A DNA stretch of 64,000 nucleotides from Clostridia bacterium. GTDB lineage: Bacteria; Bacillota; Clostridia; RGIG6154. The stretch lies in contig JAFQRW010000020.1 of the NCBI GenBank assembly GCA_017409875.1, positions 22,265 to 86,264 on the forward strand, read 5' to 3'. The stretch's first letter is position 1. Every line of letters begins with the position of its first letter. The notes beneath the pieces were generated by a model, which made no database searches, was not told the origin of the DNA, and saw nothing but the letters and a program-made list of their open reading frames with translations. The translations under genes were made by a program, and so were the position numbers. Shown here in pieces: positions 25,083 through 34,203 of the stretch.

Positions 25083-25403
25083 TTATATTTCCTTTATCAA
25101 CAGATTTATCCCATAATGAGAATCATATCCACTTCCGCCTGTTACCGCAGTTACCTCCGCGGTATAGTGTGTACCTCTGTACATCTTAGGCGACATAATA
25201 GCTGCTTTTTCTTTTGGGATAAACCCCAAAGTTGCACCGCTTGGATGCACTACTGCTACTGCATTTGAATCAAAAGGGTTATCAGGTCTTCTTTCTAATA
25301 TTAACTGCTGTCCTACATCAAGCTCGCCATCTTCATATAATTCTTCAACAAGTTCCTCTCTGCCTTCAAATGTTATACCTGCTACCTTTGTGTAGAATTC
25401 CAC
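25083..25403 (-). CDS. stand-alone HIRAN-domain protein
   Basis: KVAGITFEGREE...RRPDNPFDSNAVAVV...LGFIPKEKA matches the HIRAN signature. Confidence 0.7.
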   Translation of the reverse strand: MEFYTKVAGITFEGREELVEELYEDGELDVGQQLILERRPDNPFDSNAVAVVHPSGATLGFIPKEKAAIMSPKMYRGTHYTAEVTAVTGGSGYDSHYGINLLIKEI

Positions 25404-25416
25404 CTCTTATCCCTCC

Positions 25417-27312
25417 TCACATTTTTGAAAGTCCTTTTGATATTTCGGATATAAAACTCCTTTTGATTACTGAATTAGTTGGTGCTACATACAACGGATT
25501 ATCATAACTTGTAATGAATAGAAAATCTATTGCTCTTGTCATAGTAACGTAAAAAAGTCTTCGCTCCTGCTCCAAATCTGCTTTGTTATGTACAAAGAAA
25601 TCATTTGGGAATACGCCTACCTGAACACCTGGAATAAACACAACAGGGAACTCCAGTCCTTTAGCTTTATGGCAAGTCATAATATTGACTTTTCCATTGC
25701 TTAAGCTTGGTTCATCTTCGTTTTGCAATGTCAGTTGAAGAAAATCTATAAACTCCTGAATGTTTGCAGTAGCCTGAAAATCTTCTTCATACTTTTCAGC
25801 AATAGCAAGAATCTGTTCTACTTGTTCAATATGTTTATTTCGTTCTGTACTTTTTTTTGCATCTTCAAAAGTATAGTAATCAAGTAATTTTTTGATTATT
25901 TCAACTGACGATAAATCACTTTTTTCTTCGGATAATGATTTAAGCAATTCATATCTTGCTTTAAACAAATTTCTGTTCTTAAAATCAATATCAGATAAAT
26001 ACAACTTTCTGAAGACATCCGAATTGTTGCTACCTTTCCATCCATTTTCATCTACAAGTTTTTTATAGGCTATATTTCCAATAATTCTGTTCGGAAAATT
26101 GATGGCGGAATAAATGTTTTTAGAACTCCTAAAATTGTTTACAGTAAGTATAACTTTTATAAACTCAATAAAACCATTATCTCCCTGTGTGTACTCAATA
26201 TATGGGATTTTATTTTTTTCAAATATTTCTGTAATAGCTGCGACCTGCTTATTTGTCCTTACCAAAATAGCAATATCTCCAAAATCGTATGCATTCTCTT
26301 TGTTGAGTTTGATAATAGCATTTGTTATTGCCCTGGCTTCTTCCGCATCAGAAGGATAATTACCATATTTAATTTTGTCTTTCATTAATGCTTTGTCGCT
26401 GTTTTTCTTCTTAGATGTAACAGCTTTTATGATACGTTGAAAGTTATTTTTAATAAGCACATCCGAAAGCTCAACAATTTCCTTTTCCGATCTGAAATTA
26501 TCTTCAAGCCTTATAACTTCCACATCTTCACCTTTGACAAACTCACGCAGGAGGGAAGGGGATGATCCTCTCCACTCATATATGCATTGATCGTCATCAC
26601 CAACAACAAAGATTTCCGCTTCGTTGCCACAAATCAAATCAATAAACTCTTTTTGTAAAAAATTTATATCCTGATATTCATCAACTAATATGTATTTAAA
26701 TTTATCATGATACTGTTGTTGAATTAGCGGTCTTTCTTTTAAAAGCGGTACAGATCTCCATATAAAATCATCAAGATCAAACATACCTTTTCGTTCAAGT
26801 TCCTGGTTATATTTTTCAAAAACTTCACTAGTTTCCCGATCTGACACATCTAATCCATTTTTTATATAGCTAATCTTTTGTGCAAGCTCTACGATCCTGT
26901 TTTTCGGTATATTTTCATCATTCAAAATTTCACGAATTATATTGTTTTTTGTGCTTGGATCAGCAATTTCAAACTCAGATTCATAGTTGATTAATTCACA
27001 GTAGTTTCTAAGTAATTCTAAGCCAAGCTTGTGAAAGGTTTTAATTCCTACGAAATTGCATTCTGCACCAAGCCTGTCAAGTACTCTTTTTCTCATTTCG
27101 TTTGCTGCTTTATTTGTGAATGTTAATGCAAGTATCTGACTTGGATTAACTCCTTTTTCGGAAATGAGATAACATATTCTTTCTGTTAAAACTCTTGTTT
27201 TTCCTGAACCTGGTCCTGCAACTACTGCTGTTTTTTTGCTCTCGGTTACTACTGCTTTACATTGCTTTTCGGTAAGTAATCTCAAAGCATTATCCATTGA
27301 ACTGTTTTGCAT
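25417..27312 (-). CDS. UvrD/PcrA-type SF1 DNA helicase
   Basis: AGPGSGKT, LTFTNKAANEM, VDEYQD, GLEFPVVF and VTMTRA motifs. Start set at ATG 27312, because the track start (TTG 27375) lies inside the promoter -35. Confidence 0.85.
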   Translation of the reverse strand: MQNSSMDNALRLLTEKQCKAVVTESKKTAVVAGPGSGKTRVLTERICYLISEKGVNPSQILALTFTNKAANEMRKRVLDRLGAECNFVGIKTFHKLGLELLRNYCELINYESEFEIADPSTKNNIIREILNDENIPKNRIVELAQKISYIKNGLDVSDRETSEVFEKYNQELERKGMFDLDDFIWRSVPLLKERPLIQQQYHDKFKYILVDEYQDINFLQKEFIDLICGNEAEIFVVGDDDQCIYEWRGSSPSLLREFVKGEDVEVIRLEDNFRSEKEIVELSDVLIKNNFQRIIKAVTSKKKNSDKALMKDKIKYGNYPSDAEEARAITNAIIKLNKENAYDFGDIAILVRTNKQVAAITEIFEKNKIPYIEYTQGDNGFIEFIKVILTVNNFRSSKNIYSAINFPNRIIGNIAYKKLVDENGWKGSNNSDVFRKLYLSDIDFKNRNLFKARYELLKSLSEEKSDLSSVEIIKKLLDYYTFEDAKKSTERNKHIEQVEQILAIAEKYEEDFQATANIQEFIDFLQLTLQNEDEPSLSNGKVNIMTCHKAKGLEFPVVFIPGVQVGVFPNDFFVHNKADLEQERRLFYVTMTRAIDFLFITSYDNPLYVAPTNSVIKRSFISEISKGLSKM

Positions 27313-27346
27313 TTTAATACACCACTGATCTTTCTCTATGTACAAA

Positions 27347-27375
27347 ATAATAGCATATATTCCACTATTTGTCAA
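27347..27375 (-). promoter_or_regulatory. promoter of the helicase operon
   Basis: The reverse strand reads TTGACA-17 nt-TATTAT, about 35 nt upstream of the ATG at 27312. Confidence 0.6.
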
Positions 27376-27438
27376 CTAATTTCCACATAAAGTAATTGAT
27401 TTTGGTGTAAAATGTTTACATATAGTGGAGGCGATTGT

Positions 27439-27744
27439 ATGATTAAAGAATTTTCCGAAAACCTTAAAAATCTTCGCAACAAAAAAGGACTTACCCAAAC
27501 ACAGCTTGCAGAAAAGCTATGGCTGAATAAATCCATTATTTCAGCATACGAAAATCAACAACGTATGCCTTCGCTTGATGTTCTGATAAAATTGTCTTAT
27601 GAGTTTAACGTATCAATGGAATATCTGCTTGGAATAGGGAAGGGAAATACTATTGATATTACAGGTCTTAATGACGAACAGGTATCTTTGGTGGCTCAAC
27701 TAATTGCAGAATTTAAAAGAAGCAATACAACCAATAATTTTTAA
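27439..27744 (+). CDS. XRE-family HTH regulator, divergent from the helicase operon
   Basis: LKNLRNKKGLTQTQLAEKLWLNKSIISAYENQQRMPS, with a GGAGG RBS before ATG 27439. Confidence 0.8.
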   Translation: MIKEFSENLKNLRNKKGLTQTQLAEKLWLNKSIISAYENQQRMPSLDVLIKLSYEFNVSMEYLLGIGKGNTIDITGLNDEQVSLVAQLIAEFKRSNTTNNF

Positions 27745-27850
27745 AAATATCTCCGCCTTCCGAAGTATTGCTCACTTGATAGGATAGAAATATTGACATT
27801 CCATAAGTTTTTTCAAAAATTAAATACTAATACCACTTTTATAAAAAATA

Positions 27851-27908
27851 AGCCTGATTTTACAAGCACTTTTCAAAAATTATACTTTTAGTGCTTATAA
27901 ATCAGGCT
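27851..27908. other. long imperfect hairpin (~18 bp stem, 19-nt loop)
   Basis: AGCCTGATTT(t)ACAAGCACT ... AGTGCTTAT AAATCAGGCT, inside a 520-bp ORF-free region. Confidence 0.6.
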
Positions 27909-28265
27909 ATTTAATTTTCATTCAACTTTTTTTAAATCTGCCCCATATGTTTTTTCATTTAATCTGGGGAAGTTTTTCTATGTGCGGCTGATATATATAA
28001 TTTTATATTTGCGTTTCCTGCGAAAACGCTTTTTCTTTTCTTACTCCCGCAAACTTTTTGACAAAAGTTCTTGTGACTGAAAAAATCTTTCAAAGTGGCT
28101 TTATCAAGCCATTTAAAAGCATTTTTCCAGTTGAAAAACTCCTTTTGGTTATATAATATATAAATAATTATTTATATTATAACACGAAACAGACTTTTTT
28201 AATTTGAAAATCTTAAAATTTCTTTGATATCCCACTGTTTTTTTACTTTATTTAAGAACAACAAT

Positions 28266-29336
28266 TTACGCAACTTTAGTCATTATGAACTTGCCACTAA
28301 AGTCTAAAATATCTTCCGCAGTAATTGTATTCTTTAAAATTTCTTTGAAATTTGGAAGATCACTGACATTTTTGTATATTACATCTCCATCTTCATAGAC
28401 ACAGTATTCATCAAGCAAATCGAAACATTCTTGCTTTTGTTGAACACTCATATATGTTTCTGATTTTTCACCAAGAACATGTCTATTTTGTTTTGTTGGC
28501 AAGTCATGAATTTTTTGCTTTATACTCTCCCTAATTGTTTCAATATATAAAGTCATAATTTCTCTTTCGTAATTAACATTTTGCAACTTAACATAAGCGC
28601 TTGTTGCTAACATTTTTTTCGAAACAATTTTAATTTCTTTACCTCTTTCTTGACTAAAATATTCATCTCTTTTTGCATTGAATTCAGTAATCTTATGATT
28701 ATTTTTTCTTCTATACTTTGAGTATAACTCATATTCTTCAATGTTCATCTCTGATAAGGCTTTTTCCTTTGCACTATCTAACTCTTCGGCATCATACTCA
28801 TTATTACAATCATCTACATAGTATTCTTTATATTTTATTATGCGATCATTCTTCAATTTTTTTATCGCTGATCTAATCTTGGAGAATACAATCCTGTCAA
28901 TTGCACCTTCAACATATTCGAGACAGAATTCATTTCCTTCATATGTTTCTTCTAATGTTTCCCAATCCTGCATAAATTTTAAATGTTCGAATATTTTCTT
29001 GGTAAGCTTATACCTCGAATCAAAATCACATATATGATACAAAACCAATTCCTCAAAATTAGTTACGTAGTATTTCTTTCTTACATCTTTATCGGTAACA
29101 ATAATGTAATGATCTTTCATTATGTATTTTGTATCCTGTTTGATAATAGAAGTCTTTGAATTAATCCTGCTAGCAAAATACCAATTATCCCATTTCCTCA
29201 GGAAATAACATTTTTTAATTGCTGCTTTTTTACCATTCAAGTCCAGCGAATCCGACCCCAACTCATTTTTATAATTTAATTCTTTATAAAGTGCTGTTAT
29301 TGACCGAGCTTTCGTTGTACCTGTTTTCATAGGCAT
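28266..29336 (-). CDS. hypothetical protein (356 aa) downstream of the integrase
   Basis: Long ORF with a GGAGGA RBS. Lys/Glu/Tyr-rich, no motif recognised. Confidence 0.6.
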   Translation of the reverse strand: MPMKTGTTKARSITALYKELNYKNELGSDSLDLNGKKAAIKKCYFLRKWDNWYFASRINSKTSIIKQDTKYIMKDHYIIVTDKDVRKKYYVTNFEELVLYHICDFDSRYKLTKKIFEHLKFMQDWETLEETYEGNEFCLEYVEGAIDRIVFSKIRSAIKKLKNDRIIKYKEYYVDDCNNEYDAEELDSAKEKALSEMNIEEYELYSKYRRKNNHKITEFNAKRDEYFSQERGKEIKIVSKKMLATSAYVKLQNVNYEREIMTLYIETIRESIKQKIHDLPTKQNRHVLGEKSETYMSVQQKQECFDLLDEYCVYEDGDVIYKNVSDLPNFKEILKNTITAEDILDFSGKFIMTKVA

Positions 29337-29628
29337 TCCTCCTTTTTTAATTTATTTTTTGAATTGAATTGTTTTATCATTTTTATTTCCTCCATTATTT
29401 TTTAATATCTATATAAACATGCATTTCGCATGGAATTTTAAAAAAAGGTGCAAAAAACCCCAACGCATTATAGCATTGAGGTTTACATTTATATTTCTCA
29501 AGTATTTCTGCATCGTTTATAAACTATTTAATTTTCACCATAGGCAAGTTATCTCCTCAAAGATAGTTTACATAATAAATTATTTAACTACATATTACCA
29601 TAAAATTCCAGGTTTGTCAATAGGATAA

Positions 29629-30573
29629 CTATTTTGTTGAAAAATTTATTTGCTTTCTGCCCTGAAACTTATTTAAAAGGTTTATTTCTTCCACCTGTTT
29701 TGACAAATCACTGACCAATAAATTGATATAATTCTGTGTGATGCTTAAACTACTGTGTCCCAAAAGCCTGGAAAGATGAACAACATTACCTCCACTTAAT
29801 ACCCATTGCTTGGCAAACGTATGCCTGTATCTGTGAATTCCTGTTGTTTCCACACCTCGTTTCTTATTATATGTATAAAGCATATGATAGCAAGTGCTTT
29901 TTACAAGTTGTTGACCATATACATTACAAAAAAGATAATCCGCTAAGGTTTTATGCTGCCTGTATTTTAAATATTCTTTTAATATGCCTGCAAGTGTCTG
30001 ATTCATTGGCACAATAAGTGGTTTTCTGTTTTTAGTAACATTTACATACACAACATTATTGTCAAAATCCACATCTTTAATTTGTATATTTATAAGACTT
30101 CTCTGTCTCACTCCTGTGCAAAAAAGGAAATTTGTCATTACCCAACTCTGATATTCAATAAACTTACATTTTCTTATATCAGGCTTTTTCAAAAGTAATG
30201 TAAGTTCCGCTTCGGTGTAGGTTTCTACATTAGTTTTATCAACCTTTATTGCCTGCATCTTGAATGGCTGAATATAACCTTCATCCATCAGAAAATGAAG
30301 TGTAGTTATAAGATCTCTTAAGTAGGAATTTATGCTGACATCGTTATTCATCCTTTCTTTCAAATAGAGAACATAGTTATTATAAGCAGACTGTGTAATT
30401 TCAGTAACAGGCATTTCGTGATCAAAGTACTTGTAAAATTGAGTATAGCTCTGTTTGTAGTGATTGATAGTTCCTTCTCTTAAATTTCTCTGCCTGCAGT
30501 AGTCAAGATATTTGTTGCAGCCCTCCTCAAAAGTAATAGTGTGCTTGTTTAACATTTGCAGTTTTTTCATCAT
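29629..30573 (-). CDS. int: tyrosine-type site-specific integrase
   Basis: CTGVRQRSL (Arg I), HRYRHTFAKQW and LLGHSSLSITQNY (HxxR..Y). Start at ATG 30573 with a GGAGG RBS. Confidence 0.88.
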   Translation of the reverse strand: MMKKLQMLNKHTITFEEGCNKYLDYCRQRNLREGTINHYKQSYTQFYKYFDHEMPVTEITQSAYNNYVLYLKERMNNDVSINSYLRDLITTLHFLMDEGYIQPFKMQAIKVDKTNVETYTEAELTLLLKKPDIRKCKFIEYQSWVMTNFLFCTGVRQRSLINIQIKDVDFDNNVVYVNVTKNRKPLIVPMNQTLAGILKEYLKYRQHKTLADYLFCNVYGQQLVKSTCYHMLYTYNKKRGVETTGIHRYRHTFAKQWVLSGGNVVHLSRLLGHSSLSITQNYINLLVSDLSKQVEEINLLNKFQGRKQINFSTK

Positions 30574-30675
30574 AAAACCTCCATAAAAAATCAGACACAT
30601 CACAAGGGAAATCCCAAAATGATGTGTCTAACTTTTAATTTTCAGTTTTTAAAAATGATGCCTTTAAAAAAGCTC

Positions 30676-31674
30676 TTATTTATTAGATTCTTCAACAGCA
30701 ACAGCGCAAGCTACAGTCATACCAACCATTGGGTTGTTGCCTGCGCCAATGAGGCCCATCATTTCTACGTGAGCAGGAACTGAAGAAGATCCTGCAAACT
30801 GAGCGTCGCCGTGCATTCTGCCCATTGTGTCAGTTAAGCCATAAGAAGCAGGGCCTGCAGCCATGTTGTCAGGATGAAGTGTTCTTCCTGTACCGCCGCC
30901 TGATGCAACTGAGAAATATTTTTTACCATTTTCCCAAGACCATTTTTTGTATGAACCTGCAACAGGGTGCTGGAATCTTGTAGGATTGGTTGAGTTACCT
31001 GTAATAGAAACGTCAACGTCCTCCTTAATCATAATTGCAACGCCTTCTAAAACGTCGTTAGCACCATAGCATTTAACTTTTGATCTTTCGCCGTCAGAGA
31101 AAGCAACTTCTCTTACAACTTTAAGCTCGCTTGTGTAGAAATCATAATCTGTTTCAACATAAGTAAAGCCATTAATTCTTGAAATAATATAAGCTGCGTC
31201 TTTACCAAGACCGTTTAAGATAACGCGAAGAGGCTCTTTTCTAACTTTGTTAGCGCTTCTTGCGATACCGATAGCACCTTCTGCAGCAGCAAAAGACTCA
31301 TGACCCGCTAAAAAGCAGAAGCATTTTGTTTCTTCTCTTAAAAGCATTGCAGCAAGGTTGCCGTGGCCTAAACCTACTTTTCTTGTTTCAGCAACAGAAC
31401 CCGGAATACAAAATGCCTGTAAACCTTCGCCGATTGCTTCAGCAGCGTCTGCAGCATTAGTTACGCCTTTTTTAAGTGCGATTGCGCAGCCAAGAGTGTA
31501 TGCCCAAACTGCATTTTCAAATGCGATAGGCTGAACACCTTTAACAATTTTATCAACTTCAATACCTTTAGATTCGCAAAGCTCTTTTGCTTCCTCTAAG
31601 GTAGCCATACCATATTCTTTAAGACAAACGTCAATTTTCGCCTGACGTCTTTCTTTACCTTCAAACTGTGCCAT
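30676..31674 (-). CDS. GGGtGRT-family protein
   Basis: Contains the name-giving SGGGTGRTLHPDN motif. 332 aa. Confidence 0.8.
   Translation of the reverse strand: MAQFEGKERRQAKIDVCLKEYGMATLEEAKELCESKGIEVDKIVKGVQPIAFENAVWAYTLGCAIALKKGVTNAADAAEAIGEGLQAFCIPGSVAETRKVGLGHGNLAAMLLREETKCFCFLAGHESFAAAEGAIGIARSANKVRKEPLRVILNGLGKDAAYIISRINGFTYVETDYDFYTSELKVVREVAFSDGERSKVKCYGANDVLEGVAIMIKEDVDVSITGNSTNPTRFQHPVAGSYKKWSWENGKKYFSVASGGGTGRTLHPDNMAAGPASYGLTDTMGRMHGDAQFAGSSSVPAHVEMMGLIGAGNNPMVGMTVACAVAVEESNK
30686..30768. repeat. attR: 83-bp perfect direct repeat inside the 3' end of the intact GGGtGRT gene
   Basis: Identical to 15748-15830. Confidence 0.9.
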
Positions 31675-31691
31675 TTATGTTTCCTCCTTTC

Positions 31692-32384
31692 TTATTCTTC
31701 TCTCGGGTCGATGTATTTAACAGCATCGTCATATCTTCCATAAGTTCCGATGTTCTTTTCGTAAGCTTCTTTAGGGTCAACGCCGTGTCTGATATCTTCT
31801 AACATTTTTCCTGTTTTTACGAATTTGTAGCCGATAGCTTCGTTGTTTTTATCAAGACCAACGCTTAAAATATAACCTTCAGCCATCTGCATATATCTTA
31901 CGCCTTTTTTATTGGTAGCAAACATAGTACCAACCTGTGAGCAAAGACCTTTACCAAGGTCTTCTAAAGATGCACCAATCGGAAGACCGTCTTCAGAAAA
32001 AGCAGTCTGAGTTCTTCCGTAAACGAGCTGCTTGAAGATTTCTCTCATAGCAACGTTGATAGCATCACAAACAAGGTCTGTATTTAATGCTTCTAAGATT
32101 GTTTTGCCCTGTAAGATTTCAGCAGCCATAGCAGCTGAGTGAGTCATACCTGAGCAACCTAAGGTTTCAACCAAAGCCTCTTCAATAATACCTTCTTTAA
32201 CATTTAAGGTAATTTTACAAGCACCCTGCTGAGGTGCACACCAGCCAACACCGTGTGACAGACCTGAAATGTCTGAAATCTGTGTTGCTTTTACCCATTT
32301 TCCCTCTTCCGGAATGGGTGCGGGACCGTGATGAGGGCCCTTTGCAACCGGGCACATATTTTCTACTTCATGTGTGTAGTTCAT
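31692..32384 (-). CDS. NifU-N-like iron-sulfur scaffold-family protein (usual partner of GGGtGRT)
   Basis: GCSGMTHSAAMAAE and Cys-containing NifU-like segments. Adjacent and co-directional with the GGGtGRT gene. Confidence 0.6.
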   Translation of the reverse strand: MNYTHEVENMCPVAKGPHHGPAPIPEEGKWVKATQISDISGLSHGVGWCAPQQGACKITLNVKEGIIEEALVETLGCSGMTHSAAMAAEILQGKTILEALNTDLVCDAINVAMREIFKQLVYGRTQTAFSEDGLPIGASLEDLGKGLCSQVGTMFATNKKGVRYMQMAEGYILSVGLDKNNEAIGYKFVKTGKMLEDIRHGVDPKEAYEKNIGTYGRYDDAVKYIDPREE

Positions 32385-32453
32385 TTGTCATACCTCCTGA
32401 AAATTTTATATCATTAGAAAATCTAATATATACTTTTGTTTCGCTTTGATCAA

Positions 32454-32479
32454 ATGCAAAATGCCAAGGCATTTTGCAT
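32454..32479 (-). terminator. terminator after serS
   Basis: 12-bp perfect stem ATGCAAAATGCC-aa-GGCATTTTGCAT. Confidence 0.65.
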
Positions 32480-32514
32480 CAAAAATTGTACCATATTTCA
32501 TGGTTTATGTCAAC

Positions 32515-33792
32515 TTAATCTTCTTTAACAATTACTTCCTTGCGCATATAAGGACGTAGAACCTCAGGAATAACAACTGAGCCGTCTTTTTGCTGGAAGT
32601 TTTCTAAAATTGCCGCAACAGTTCTACCGATAGCAACACCAGAGCCGTTCAAAGTGTGAACGTACTTAGCTTTGTCTTTAGGTGAATCTTTGTATTTGAT
32701 GTTAGCACGGCGAGCCTGGAACTCCTCAAAGTTAGAGCAAGAAGAAATTTCAACATATCTGCCATAGCTCGGCATCCACACTTCGATATCATATTTCATT
32801 GCAGCAGTAAAACCAAGGTCACCAGCACAGATTTTAACAACTCTGTAAGGGATTTTAAGTAGCTGCAAAACTTTTTCAGCATCATTTGTAAGCTTTTCAA
32901 GCTCCTCGTAAGACTGTTCAGGCTTTGTGAATTTAACAAGCTCAACCTTATTGAACTGATGCTGACGAACCAAGCCTCTTGTGTCTCTGCCTGCAGAACC
33001 GGCTTCTGCTCTGAAGCAAGCTGAATATGCAACGTGCTTGATAGGAAGTTTGGTTCCGTCTAAAATTTCATCTCTGTACATATTTGTAACAGGCACTTCT
33101 GCTGTAGGAATTAAGAAATAATCTGTTCCTGAAACTTTAAATGCATCTTCTTCAAATTTTGGCAGCTGACCGGTTCCTACCATTGAATTTCTGTGAACCA
33201 TATATGGCGGGAACACTTCTTTATAGCCGCTTTCAAATGTGTGAGTGTCTAAAAAGAAGTTTATAATTGCTCTTTCAAGTTGTGAACCTGTGCCCTTGTA
33301 GAAAGTAAATCTTGTACCGGTTACTTTTCCTGCACGCTCTGCATCTAAAATGTTAAGATCTTTACCGATATCCCAGTGTGCTTTAGGCTCAAAATCAAAC
33401 TGTGTAGGCTCACCCCATTTTCTGATTTCAATGTTGTCCTCGTCAGTTTCGCCCTCTGGAACAGTTTCGTTTGGAATGTTTGGGATAGTAAGCATAATTT
33501 TTTCAATCTGCTCATCCAAATCACGAACAACTGCATCCAATTCTTTTATCTCATCAGAAATCTTTTTCATTTCTTCAAAAATGGGAGCTACATCCTTGCC
33601 CTCTTTTTTAAGCTGAGGGATTTGCTTTGAAACAGTGTTTTGCTTGTTTTTAAGCTGTTCTGCCTTGTAAATGGTTTCTTTTCTTTTATCATCAAGCTCT
33701 AAAACGCCTTCAACATCAAACTTTTCACGTCTTTTTAAGAAAGCTCTCTGTACCTTTTCAGGCTCATTTCTTAAAACCTTAATATCAATCAT
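32515..33792 (-). CDS. serS: seryl-tRNA synthetase
   Basis: [14 protein letters not shown] start, class II motifs ([24 protein letters not shown]). AAGGAGA RBS before ATG 33792. Confidence 0.92.
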   Translation of the reverse strand: MIDIKVLRNEPEKVQRAFLKRREKFDVEGVLELDDKRKETIYKAEQLKNKQNTVSKQIPQLKKEGKDVAPIFEEMKKISDEIKELDAVVRDLDEQIEKIMLTIPNIPNETVPEGETDEDNIEIRKWGEPTQFDFEPKAHWDIGKDLNILDAERAGKVTGTRFTFYKGTGSQLERAIINFFLDTHTFESGYKEVFPPYMVHRNSMVGTGQLPKFEEDAFKVSGTDYFLIPTAEVPVTNMYRDEILDGTKLPIKHVAYSACFRAEAGSAGRDTRGLVRQHQFNKVELVKFTKPEQSYEELEKLTNDAEKVLQLLKIPYRVVKICAGDLGFTAAMKYDIEVWMPSYGRYVEISSCSNFEEFQARRANIKYKDSPKDKAKYVHTLNGSGVAIGRTVAAILENFQQKDGSVVIPEVLRPYMRKEVIVKED

Positions 33793-34192
33793 TTTTAACA
33801 TTCTCCTTTGCAATTTCTAATAGTTTTTCATAATTTTGGGTAGCAAAACTGCCTTCTACATACTTTTTGTCAATTTTTTCAAGACAGATTAAAGCATCTT
33901 CATAATATCCGCTTTCTATCATTTTTTCTGCCTCAAAAATTGAATTTAAAGCACTAAATCTTTCTGCAGTTTCGGAAAGATTTCTGTTTTCTTCTTTTAA
34001 AGCTTCCATTTCCTGCTTGAGTTTAACATTTTCATCGCTTAAAACCTCAATTCTGCTTTTTGCGGATGCGCTTGCCTTATCAGTTCTTTCAGAGCTCCTT
34101 GTAAGACTGACCGCCCCAATGCTTATAAAAAGCACCGACACCACAAAAAGTGTTACTGAGTACTTAATAAATTTTGCGTCGAACTTTTTCAA
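33785..34192 (-). CDS. membrane-anchored coiled-coil protein (hypothetical)
   Basis: One N-terminal TM helix and a heptad-like [15 protein letters not shown] segment. Confidence 0.55.
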   Translation of the reverse strand: MKKFDAKFIKYSVTLFVVSVLFISIGAVSLTRSSERTDKASASAKSRIEVLSDENVKLKQEMEALKEENRNLSETAERFSALNSIFEAEKMIESGYYEDALICLEKIDKKYVEGSFATQNYEKLLEIAKENVKND

Positions 34193-34203
34193 TTAAATGC
34201 CTC

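Larger units (their letters stand above)
15831..30685. mobile_element. integrative (probably mobilizable) element, ~14.9 kb
   Basis: Bounded by 83-bp direct repeats. A tyrosine integrase lies next to the right repeat, and ArdC, an FtsK-like ATPase and a serine resolvase lie inside. Confidence 0.8.

Noticed and set aside
27313-27375. N-terminal extension of the helicase ORF (track start 27375)
   Set aside because: The TTG 'start' is the TTG of a TTGACA -35 box of a well-spaced promoter. ATG 27312 downstream of that promoter is the plausible start.
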